Origin: Nannocystales bacterium
GTDB taxonomy: Bacteria; Myxococcota_A; Polyangia; Nannocystales; Nannocystaceae
DNA: 64,000 bases
NCBI GenBank assembly: GCA_050633305.1
Contig: JBOEGF010000038.1
Location: 64,001 to 128,000 of the forward strand
Reading direction: 5' to 3'
Within the stretch, counting starts at the first letter, position 1. Each line of letters begins with the position of its first letter. Both the position numbers and the translations under genes were made by a program. Shown piece by piece: positions 18,890 through 27,551 of the stretch. The notes beneath the pieces were generated by a model that saw only the letters and a program-made list of their open reading frames with translations, was not told the DNA's origin and did not search any database.

Positions 18890-21481
18890 ATGTCGAAGTG
18901 TGGTCGTGTAACCGTTCTACTATCCCCTGTCTGGTGTTGCGCCTTGCTGCTTGGCGCGTGCGGCACTGAATCTGCAGAAACAGAGTCGCTGGCCGACTTG
19001 GCCCCTGGTCCGGAACATCGGGTCGGTGAACTTGCCGCGGTCTGTGAGCCCGTTGAACTCGACCCTCGCCTGTCGATCTTCGAGACCAACCCAGAGGTTC
19101 TGGCGCCGTTCACCATGCGCCGAATCCTTCGTCGAGCTGCCCTCAATGCTGGCTATTTCCCGACGCCCAGGCTGACGTATCAGCGGATGATCGATACGTA
19201 TGCGACGGGTGAAGAGGGGATGTTCCCGAATGGGCAGCATTGCGACGACGAGCTGCCGGATCCAGCGTTCACCAACACGAATGAGGAGCCGTGCGGGTTG
19301 CTCGGGTGCGACCAACGGTTCTTCTGCGCAGCCAACGACACGCAGTGCTTTGCGTGCAACGGGGAGGGGACGGCTTGTCCCAACTCCGGGCTGCCGCCAG
19401 GAGCTCACGCGGTGTGCGCGTTCGATGGATCGGGCGAGGTCTGCACGTTCGAGGGCAACGCGGTCTCCGATTGCGAACCTGTGGTAGGGGACGAATGCGC
19501 GGATGCCGGATGTCACCCGCTGGGCTGTGACGCGGTCGAGCTGTGCGACACGGAGTTCGACCTGTGCGTGATGTGCACCGGAGACCTCGACCAATGCGAG
19601 GTGACGCAAGGGGCGACGGATGAGCCGATCGAGCTGGTCTGCAACTTCACCGACCTGTGCCAACTCGACGTCGCGACCGGTGTGGTGTCGGATTGCCAGC
19701 CCGACCCTGACTGCGAGGAGGCCGCGTGCGGACCGCTGGGGTGCCAGCCCCAGTTTGTGTGCACGCCTGAGTTTGAGTTCTGTTTTGCCTGCACCGAGGA
19801 TGGAACGGAGTGCGATCCAGGGAGCCAGGCCGTGCCGTCTCCGACACAAGTCTGCAGCTTCGAGACCGGCGAGGTGTGTACGTTTGCGGACGGGATGCTC
19901 GCGGACTGCGGGCCCGACCTCGAAGGGGTCTGCTTTGGGGGTGGAGGAGACTCTGGCGGCTTTGGCACATCAGGCAGCAGCGGATTCGACAGCGCTGGGT
20001 TCATCAGTCCTGGGACCGCCACCACCCCCGGGACCGCCAGCGCCACTGCGACCGGGGGAACCGGAGGCTTCGACAGTGGGGGCTTCATCAGCGGAGGTGA
20101 AGTCGGAGGATCGGTCAGCACCTCCTCCTTTGGGGGTGGTGACTCCTTCGGGGACACCGAGTCGTTCGGGACCAGCGGGGGCTTCTTCGGAAGCAGCGGG
20201 GGTTTCGGGGAGACCTTTGGCGAGACGTTCGGCGGAGGCACGACAGGGGGCGGCGGAGGCCCCGGAGACGGGAGCGACTTCGGTGCGATCAACGGCTACC
20301 CGCTCGAGTGCCCGCGCATCGAGGCCAACCAGATCGACAACATCGACGAGTGGTTCCCGATCTCGATCAGCAACCGGTTCGACCTCGCTCCGGCCGACGG
20401 TGCGCACTGTGGCCAGCAGCGAATCGTCCTCGCGAACAACACGCAGGGGCGGATGTTCACGATCTTCGAGGCCCAGATCCCCAACCCCAGTCCCGAGTGT
20501 GGGCTGGACGCGTGTCGTCCGCTGGTCGAGTTCTGGGCCAACATGAACGAGGTCGAAGACCCGATCGCGCGTCGCTGGGAGTTGATCCGAGCGTTCTTCA
20601 TTGGCCATCCCGATCTGGAGGCGGCCGGCTTCGGCCCATTCGTCAATGCCGACCTCTATTCGTTCGGCACGGGGCAGGTGCGGACGAACAACTTCGACCA
20701 GTTCCCGTGGACGCTTCGCGAGTTCAAGCTGGTCGAGCACAGCTTCTTCGGAATCGTCCCGCGCGTGGGTGTGGTTCAGGTTCCGGTCGCAGACAGCCCT
20801 GTGGGCGACCACTTCAACGACGCACTCGAGACTCCTCTTGGTCCCGAGTGCCGCGAGAGCTTCCTCGACGCCATGGAAGGCTTGCTCACCGACGAACCGG
20901 ACGCGATGAGCTTCCCAATCTCCGCAGAATGCCGGGCCGCGGAGAGCCGTGATGACTTCGTTTCCGACTATGCGTTGCAGCTCGCAATCGGGACTGGAGA
21001 CTTCGAGTCCGAGATGCAGACTCGGCTCGACGACCTCGGCTCGGCCCTCACGCCGACCGACATCGCCAACCGTGCTCGCTTCGCGGGTGCTTGCATTGGC
21101 TGTCACCAGCAGAGCAATGGGGCCGACCTCGGCAACGGCGTGACGGCGCCGAACTCTGCCGGGTTCACCCACACGATGGAGTTCACGACCGAGTCGTGCG
21201 GCGATGGACAGCAGTGCTTCCCCATCTCGGACGCGCTCACGAACAGCTTCCTTCCTCACCGCGCCCAGGTGATGGAGGAGTTCCTCGCCGGCACGCCGTG
21301 TGAAGGCCCGGTGTGCCAACCCGCCGCGGGGTCGGGGCCCCTCGCCCCGCAAGACGTGCCTCAGATCCTGAGGCCCGGAGGCGAGCTCGACATCGACGCG
21401 ATGCTGATGCTCGAACGCCAGGGAAGGCGAACAGGGGCGCAGCGCACGATCGGCGGGCGCTCGACGTTGGCGACGCACTGA
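18890..21481 (+). CDS. Large heme-c lipoprotein with inserted Cys-rich repeats and Gly-rich linker
   Basis: Lipobox LGAC; NRFDLAPADGAHCGQQRI; GQVRTNNF; WTLREF; CIGCH. Confidence 0.8.
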   Translation: MSKCGRVTVLLSPVWCCALLLGACGTESAETESLADLAPGPEHRVGELAAVCEPVELDPRLSIFETNPEVLAPFTMRRILRRAALNAGYFPTPRLTYQRMIDTYATGEEGMFPNGQHCDDELPDPAFTNTNEEPCGLLGCDQRFFCAANDTQCFACNGEGTACPNSGLPPGAHAVCAFDGSGEVCTFEGNAVSDCEPVVGDECADAGCHPLGCDAVELCDTEFDLCVMCTGDLDQCEVTQGATDEPIELVCNFTDLCQLDVATGVVSDCQPDPDCEEAACGPLGCQPQFVCTPEFEFCFACTEDGTECDPGSQAVPSPTQVCSFETGEVCTFADGMLADCGPDLEGVCFGGGGDSGGFGTSGSSGFDSAGFISPGTATTPGTASATATGGTGGFDSGGFISGGEVGGSVSTSSFGGGDSFGDTESFGTSGGFFGSSGGFGETFGETFGGGTTGGGGGPGDGSDFGAINGYPLECPRIEANQIDNIDEWFPISISNRFDLAPADGAHCGQQRIVLANNTQGRMFTIFEAQIPNPSPECGLDACRPLVEFWANMNEVEDPIARRWELIRAFFIGHPDLEAAGFGPFVNADLYSFGTGQVRTNNFDQFPWTLREFKLVEHSFFGIVPRVGVVQVPVADSPVGDHFNDALETPLGPECRESFLDAMEGLLTDEPDAMSFPISAECRAAESRDDFVSDYALQLAIGTGDFESEMQTRLDDLGSALTPTDIANRARFAGACIGCHQQSNGADLGNGVTAPNSAGFTHTMEFTTESCGDGQQCFPISDALTNSFLPHRAQVMEEFLAGTPCEGPVCQPAAGSGPLAPQDVPQILRPGGELDIDAMLMLERQGRRTGAQRTIGGRSTLATH

Positions 21482-21501
21482 GATCCGCGCATCTGGATCG
21501 C

Positions 21502-21532
21502 AGCGGGCGGCTCGATGGAGCCGCCCGCTTTT
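21502..21532 (+). terminator. Rho-independent terminator
   Basis: AGCGGGCGGCTC-gatg-GAGCCGCCCGCT followed by T residues, between convergent genes. Confidence 0.8.
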
Positions 21533-21576
21533 CGTCGTGTTTCTGATACCCGAGCCCGCTTTCCAGCGGTGTCGCT

Positions 21577-22284
21577 TCAGCTCTCGCAGCAGCAGCGAAC
21601 GGCCTGAGCATCCATGCTGGGCTCGGGAAGCTCTTCGTTGCAGGACTGGGTCGGGGCGAGCAGGCCCTCGTCCGTGCAGTCGAGCGCCCCGAACGCCCAG
21701 GAGGTGGCGAGCGCATCGGAGTCTTCCCCGACCGCGCATGAGGCGGGTACGCAGACCATCTCCGCTGCAGCGCAGACGTCCGCACAGCTGGCGAAGGTAT
21801 CGAGGCTCGTGCAGTCGCTCCAGACCCCGGTGGGTCCGCCCTCGACGCTGAGGTGAACCTCGAGCAGTTGGAGGGTCAGGGCTTCGATCGACGCGGCCCG
21901 CTGAGCCGGCTCAAACCCGTCCCGCTCCACCCATATCGTGACCTCGTCCGCCGTGAAGAGCGGGCTGGTGTCACAGAGATACCCGCCTGCCACGAGGGTG
22001 TCCGCCGGACAGGGGATGGCTTCCTCCTCGCCCTCGGCCACCATCGTCACGACGGCCTGGACGTCTTGTAACATGTACTTTGGGAACACCCGAAAACCTT
22101 CATCGGGTGGTGCCTCGGGGTCTCCTGTTGTCCCGTCCGCAACGGAGTCGGACCCTGACTCGCTGGTGTCGGCTCCGTCGGTGTCGGAGAATCCGCCGTC
22201 CTCCGAAGGGTCGCAAGCCACGAGGTGCAGACCGAAGATGAAGAGCGTTGTTCGCTGTAGTTTAAGACCAAACATCATTCCCAC
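21577..22284 (-). CDS. Hypothetical Cys-containing lipoprotein
   Basis: Lipobox LVAC; last of three closely spaced genes. Confidence 0.7.
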   Translation of the reverse strand: MGMMFGLKLQRTTLFIFGLHLVACDPSEDGGFSDTDGADTSESGSDSVADGTTGDPEAPPDEGFRVFPKYMLQDVQAVVTMVAEGEEEAIPCPADTLVAGGYLCDTSPLFTADEVTIWVERDGFEPAQRAASIEALTLQLLEVHLSVEGGPTGVWSDCTSLDTFASCADVCAAAEMVCVPASCAVGEDSDALATSWAFGALDCTDEGLLAPTQSCNEELPEPSMDAQAVRCCCES

Positions 22285-22287
22285 CGC

Positions 22288-23406
22288 CTAGTTCCGTGAG
22301 CTCAGCAGCGTGCCGGCGGAGGTCCCCAAGAGTTCGTCAAACTCTGCCCCCAGGCCCTGCAGTCCGACGCCCCAGGCATCGATGCTTTCGATTCCCTCCA
22401 AGATCCCGATGCGTCGCGCCTCCGGGACGAGGAAACCGTGGTTGTAGAGCTCGGCACCATCAAAGCGCGTGCCGATGTGTTCGAGCAGTTCGTTCGCTGC
22501 CGCTGCGCTTGTTTGTCCGTCCCGGACACACCAGGTGTCTCCGAGCACCAAGACGTGAGCGCCTTCGCCGAGCATCTCGCCGACCGCAGTGGCGCTCACG
22601 GGGCCGCAAAAATCCGCTACGACGACGTCATACGCCAGGGGATCGACTTCCGAGAGGAGCTTGAAGTCGATGCTTCCGATGGTGTCGACCATTGCAAAGT
22701 AGGGCTGCACGTTGCCCGCTAGACATCCCACAGCGTCACTGCGTGGGTCGCAGTCGGCGACCCAAAGGACGTTCACACCTGCGAGAGGATCTGGCCCGGT
22801 GCCGTCGGTGTCCCCATCGGTGTCTCCGCCGGGTCCGTCGGTGTCGCCGTAGGTGTCCCCGTCTGTTGTTCCTCCCGTGGTGCTGCTGGCTGCGCCTCCA
22901 GTGGTGCTGTCGGTGTCGACTCCGCCGGTCGTTGTCGTGGCGTCGGTGTCTGCGGATCCGGTTGTGCCGTCGGTGGAACTCGAGGTGCCCGCTGTTGAAC
23001 CCCCGGTGCTCGTCGAGGATGAGCCCGGCTCGCCACCCGCCGCCAAGGACAGGTAGATGTTGCGGACAAGGTCGAGGTTTTTGGTGGGGATCCCTGTCTT
23101 ACCCCAGACGACGACCGCGGCATCCTCGTCCAGCGGCCACGGCGTCGGCCACTGCGGCAGGTCGGGAACCGTAGGGTCGCCGCCGCTGCCACGCGTGCCG
23201 CTCTCGTCCATGTCGTCGTCGTCGTCCATGGGGGACGTGGGATCGCTCGTGAAGCCGTCATCGGATGGGGCCGAGGAGCTGCTGCCACAGCCCCCGCCTT
23301 GGCTGTCTTGCTCTTCCTCTTCTTCGGAACCCCAGCGCACGCATCCGTTGGACGCGATGCACAAGACCGAGATCGTCAGCAGTACTCGGGATGTTCCAGG
23401 CCGCAT
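22288..23406 (-). CDS. Hypothetical lipoprotein with Thr/Gly/Asp-rich linker
   Basis: MRPGTSRVLLTISVLCIASNGC; TAATG coupling to the upstream gene. Confidence 0.7.
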   Translation of the reverse strand: MRPGTSRVLLTISVLCIASNGCVRWGSEEEEEQDSQGGGCGSSSSAPSDDGFTSDPTSPMDDDDDMDESGTRGSGGDPTVPDLPQWPTPWPLDEDAAVVVWGKTGIPTKNLDLVRNIYLSLAAGGEPGSSSTSTGGSTAGTSSSTDGTTGSADTDATTTTGGVDTDSTTGGAASSTTGGTTDGDTYGDTDGPGGDTDGDTDGTGPDPLAGVNVLWVADCDPRSDAVGCLAGNVQPYFAMVDTIGSIDFKLLSEVDPLAYDVVVADFCGPVSATAVGEMLGEGAHVLVLGDTWCVRDGQTSAAAANELLEHIGTRFDGAELYNHGFLVPEARRIGILEGIESIDAWGVGLQGLGAEFDELLGTSAGTLLSSRN

Positions 23407-24188
23407 TAGAATTCCCCCCGAAGCACGAGACCGCCGGAGCCTCGGCCGATGTTGGGGGCGACGGACAGCCGTACGTTCTTCCGGACCCAGTTCTTGTACG
23501 ACGAGCCGTAGAACATCAGGCCTGCACTCGCGCTTGCCGCCAGCGCAAAGCCAGCCACGACCGCCGTGGAGGAGCGCTGATAGGTCTTCACACAGATCTC
23601 CGTTTCGCACTGTGGCGTTGGGATCCAATAGAGGGTCCGGGCGGTCACCATTCCGATCAATGAGGCCGGAAACAGGATGGCTCCTGTCAGCACGAGGCCG
23701 GAACGATCGTAGACATGGCCGCGCTCGCGTGCATCTCGTGCCGCGGAGTACTTCCCGTAGCGTTGCCCTCCAGCCGCGGTCAATGCGATGCCGGTGCCGT
23801 ATGAAAGCAGTGAAACCGTATGGCTCGCAACGGAGCGGATGGTGCCCCCACTGCATTCGACGTCGCTGTTTGTGGGGCCGCAGCTGGTTCGCCATGCGTC
23901 GCTGCCGAGGATCGAGAACGGCACGCCGAGTGCGACCGCCACCGGTCCTGCAATCAAGAATCCCAAACCGCTCGGAGGCTCTTCGCGGGTGACCGTGGGT
24001 GCGGGGGCTGGCGTCCGAGCTGGCGGCGCAGTGGCGGGCGGCGGAGCCTGAGTGGCGGGCGGCGGAGCCTGAGGGGTAGGCGCTGGTGGCTGAGCCGTGG
24101 GCGCCGGGGGTGGGGCGGCCGTCGTCGGTTCCGGCGCGGTCGCGGATGCCGCCATCGCGAGGAGAGCGGAACTCAAACCCACTACCAT
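23406..24188 (-). CDS. Hypothetical membrane protein with Pro-rich N-terminus
   Basis: Signal peptide, QAPPPAT repeats, TM segments, C-terminal GLVLRGEF. Confidence 0.75.
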   Translation of the reverse strand: MVVGLSSALLAMAASATAPEPTTAAPPPAPTAQPPAPTPQAPPPATQAPPPATAPPARTPAPAPTVTREEPPSGLGFLIAGPVAVALGVPFSILGSDAWRTSCGPTNSDVECSGGTIRSVASHTVSLLSYGTGIALTAAGGQRYGKYSAARDARERGHVYDRSGLVLTGAILFPASLIGMVTARTLYWIPTPQCETEICVKTYQRSSTAVVAGFALAASASAGLMFYGSSYKNWVRKNVRLSVAPNIGRGSGGLVLRGEF

Positions 24189-24565
24189 CGCTCGCTCCGT
24201 TTTGCGGCGGCCAGGCCGTTCATAGCCAATCGTCTTCTAGTTTTCATCAGTCCAATCCTCTAAGCGCCACAAGAATATTACGGTGGCCCCGTGTCAGTCG
24301 CCACCGGGTTCGATCGGTTGCATCGCGAAGGCGATTTATTCAATCCAACAAGGTGTGACGAAATTGTCAGGGTCTCGGAACGGTCCGGCTCCCGCGCGTG
24401 CACGCGCTTGCGGACCATTGTAGGACCCCGGCCTCGGCGTCGCGAAGCCTGCGCGTCCTCGCCTCCATCGTCGTCCGAGTCGGCACCGTCAGGAGGGGTG
24501 GCGCTGGTGTTCGAGCCTCGGAGCCGCAATGGACAGCGTCACCCGCGGAGTGCGACGATGATGTC

Positions 24566-25981
24566 GTGGGCGGCGAGGGAAAACGGAAGTCGACGACGCG
24601 CGAGATCGGCCTGCTGTTGATGGGGCTGGCGGTCGCAGTCGGCGGTTGTGGCGATGCGGACAACATCGAGGCCGAAGACGCGGGATCGATGGGGATCACC
24701 GTAACCGCGTCCAACTCGGGGGGGACGGACGCGCCCAGCACGGGGACGGGCGCCACGAGCACGGCGACTCCGGACGGGGATTCCAGCTCGGGCGTCGCGC
24801 AGACCGACACCGCGGTGGGGAGCTCCGCGACGGGCGACATCAAGTTTGATCTCGCCTCCCCCGACGGCGGAGTCGGTTGTGGGGGCGGGATGATGGCCGA
24901 CGACACGTTCTCGTACATTTGGATCGCGAACAGTACCGAGGGCACGGTCTCGAAGATCAATACCCAGACGCTGGTCGAGGAGGGGCGGTACATCGTTCGG
25001 GACGACTCGGCGGGCAACCCGTCCCGGACATCGGTCAACCTCAGCGGCGACGTGGCCGTGGCCAACCGGGCCGGCGGGGTCGTGAAGATCCGGGCCAACA
25101 TCAAGGACTGTCAGGAGTCCAACGGGATGCCGGGGATCCAGACGAGCTCGGGTCCCGGGGACGTCCTGCCGTGGGGCGTCGAGGAGTGCATCGACTGGTA
25201 CACTCCGTTTCCGCAGTACGGCACGCAGCGGCCTCTCGCGTGGACGCAGGGCACGCTCAACCCTGCGACGTGCCAGTACGAGAACCAGAAGATTTGGACG
25301 TCCGGTCGTGCCGGGTTGAGCCAGCCGGGCCCGGCGGATGTGGTGCTCATGGACGGCGACACCGGGGTCGTCGAGCAAACCGTCACCGTCGCGAGCTCGT
25401 CTGGGTGGGCAGGGTTGTATGGCGGGGCGGTGGACGGCGATGGCAACTTCTGGACCGTCGATCACGATTGGACCGCGGGCGGCAGCGAGCTCATTCGCGT
25501 GAACATGTCCGACTTCACTTACGACAGCTGGCCCACCGAACTCGAAGTTCACTACGGGCTCGCGGTCGATTCAAACGGCCGTGCATGGCTATGTGGTGGA
25601 GGCGTGACCTCGAGGTTCGACCCCGCCACCGAAACCTGGACGCAGCCGGCCAACACCACACCGTCGGGCGCGGTGTACGGAGGCTGCATGACCGACGGCG
25701 ACGGAACGCTGTGGCACAGCCGAAACGGAGACGGAATGATGCTGGGGATCGATACCGAGACCTTGGCCATCGTGCAGTCTCACCCGCTTCCGGCGTACGT
25801 CCACGGTGTGAGCATCGACTTCGACGGCTACGTGTGGGGTGTGGAGTTCGCGGGCACCAATGCCTATCGGCTCGACCCCACGACAGGGCAAGTCGATACC
25901 GTCTCGGGCCTCGTGGGTGCCTACACGTACTCGGACATGACGGGGTTCGCGTTGTCCTCCGCCGGCGTTCCGAGCCGGTAG
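24566..25981 (+). CDS. Vgb (virginiamycin B lyase)-like beta-propeller lipoprotein
   Basis: Lipobox VGGC; YIWIANS.EGTVSKINT; NPSRTSVN; YTYSDMTG; start uncertain. Confidence 0.75.
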   Translation: MGGEGKRKSTTREIGLLLMGLAVAVGGCGDADNIEAEDAGSMGITVTASNSGGTDAPSTGTGATSTATPDGDSSSGVAQTDTAVGSSATGDIKFDLASPDGGVGCGGGMMADDTFSYIWIANSTEGTVSKINTQTLVEEGRYIVRDDSAGNPSRTSVNLSGDVAVANRAGGVVKIRANIKDCQESNGMPGIQTSSGPGDVLPWGVEECIDWYTPFPQYGTQRPLAWTQGTLNPATCQYENQKIWTSGRAGLSQPGPADVVLMDGDTGVVEQTVTVASSSGWAGLYGGAVDGDGNFWTVDHDWTAGGSELIRVNMSDFTYDSWPTELEVHYGLAVDSNGRAWLCGGGVTSRFDPATETWTQPANTTPSGAVYGGCMTDGDGTLWHSRNGDGMMLGIDTETLAIVQSHPLPAYVHGVSIDFDGYVWGVEFAGTNAYRLDPTTGQVDTVSGLVGAYTYSDMTGFALSSAGVPSR

Positions 25982-26201
25982 GGTCCGTCCCGACCGACGC
26001 TTCAAAGCAGGGTCGTTCCGGAAGATGACGACTTGACGCGCTACGCGGACGAGGTCGCGGCCCAGAGTGTCGAGCGGGTGTTCGAGTTGCACTACGGCGC
26101 CGAGCAGTCTGAGGGGCGACCCATTCGCTCCGGTGACGACAGCGAGCAAGAACCACAGCACCGTCTTGACGCGGTCCACGGGGCATGCGGGAATCCTGCA
26201 C

Positions 26202-27314
26202 ATGCCAAGGGCTGACGCGACCGTATTCATACTCGTCGTGGGATCCAGCACCTGGTGCGGTTGCACGCGCCCCGCTCCGCAACAGCGAACCCCCGCCGAG
26301 CATGAGGTGCCAGCTGAGGCCGCGATGCGGGAGACTGCTCCTCGTCCGGAAGCCGCCCCTCGCCAAGGCGGACAACCTCTGGGAGCGCTCCGGCGATTCG
26401 GAAAGCGCGGTGTGTCCCCCAAGGTCAGTTCCGGCCTCACTGAGTTTCGGGACCTGTGGTACGCAGGGGTCTGGCCGGATTCGGTGTTCGGGGTCGAGGA
26501 CTACGGCACAATTCGACGGTGGCGCCGAAGTGACGGCGAGGAGCTTCCCGTCATTCGCTTCGAGAACGACGGAAGTGCCTTCGATGTCGTGGGGGACAGG
26601 TTCATTGCGTTGGCGAGCGACGAGTCGATATGGACCGTCGAGGCCAAGACCGGAAAGACGAGATGCAAGGTCGACGCAGAGGCCGGCGCCGTCCTCGGGT
26701 CTGTGACTCGCCTCGGGGACGGCGAGCACTTCGCTGTCGTCAACGAAAAGCTCAGGGTGTTTGACTCCCAGTGCGACCTCGTGAAGACGTTCACATTTTC
26801 GGACTTCTTGTACTCCGCGGGGCTTGTTCCCCACCAGCCCATCCTGAGGTTGACGCTCGGGGATTCGGCTCCGGACGAAGTGAGTGGACGGATGTGGCAC
26901 GAAGACGTCAGTGTTGGCAGCTGGAACATCACGGAGGTGGCCGGCAGCGCCACCGACGAGCAAGAGATCCACTTCATCGAGACGCCGGAGTGGATCGTCT
27001 ACGACCCGGAGTCTCCCGAAACGCATGCCTACGTGGAGTTGGCTGGGGGGAAGCGCCTGGATCTCGGCGATGGTTTTAGCTACGTGCAACCGACCATCCG
27101 TTGGTTGTTGGCCCCCCATGGGCGCACGGCTGTTGTCTTCGTCGACGACATCGAAGCCGGGGAGACCGACGGCTACGTGCTCTCGCTGCCCGAGCGAACG
27201 CTCCGACGCCGAATCGAGCTTCCGATGGAGTCGCTCCACACGGGGATCGACCCCACGGGCCGATGGTTGACGGTGACGGACGAAGACACCGTGCTCCTGT
27301 ACGACCTCCAGTAG
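26202..27314 (+). CDS. Hypothetical beta-propeller-like secreted protein or lipoprotein
   Basis: Hydrophobic N-terminus ending WCGC; C-terminal DPTGRWL...VLLYDL. Confidence 0.6.
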   Translation: MPRADATVFILVVGSSTWCGCTRPAPQQRTPAEHEVPAEAAMRETAPRPEAAPRQGGQPLGALRRFGKRGVSPKVSSGLTEFRDLWYAGVWPDSVFGVEDYGTIRRWRRSDGEELPVIRFENDGSAFDVVGDRFIALASDESIWTVEAKTGKTRCKVDAEAGAVLGSVTRLGDGEHFAVVNEKLRVFDSQCDLVKTFTFSDFLYSAGLVPHQPILRLTLGDSAPDEVSGRMWHEDVSVGSWNITEVAGSATDEQEIHFIETPEWIVYDPESPETHAYVELAGGKRLDLGDGFSYVQPTIRWLLAPHGRTAVVFVDDIEAGETDGYVLSLPERTLRRRIELPMESLHTGIDPTGRWLTVTDEDTVLLYDLQ

Positions 27315-27551
27315 CCCGTCCGTGGAACGAGGCTAGATACGCTTGCGTCTGGTGGGTGAACCGCCTGGCAGGCGACGCTCCCGAGGGCTGCAACGCAGAG
27401 GAGGCGGTCGCTCTCCGTCACACCAAACCCCTCAGGGCGGCGAGATTTGGCGCGCACGGAACGGAGAAACGCCCCAGGTCCGAACTTGTTGCAAGCCGTT
27501 GAACGCGACGACACGTGGCTGATGCCTCCAGCGCCAAGGCTGTGGGTCGTC

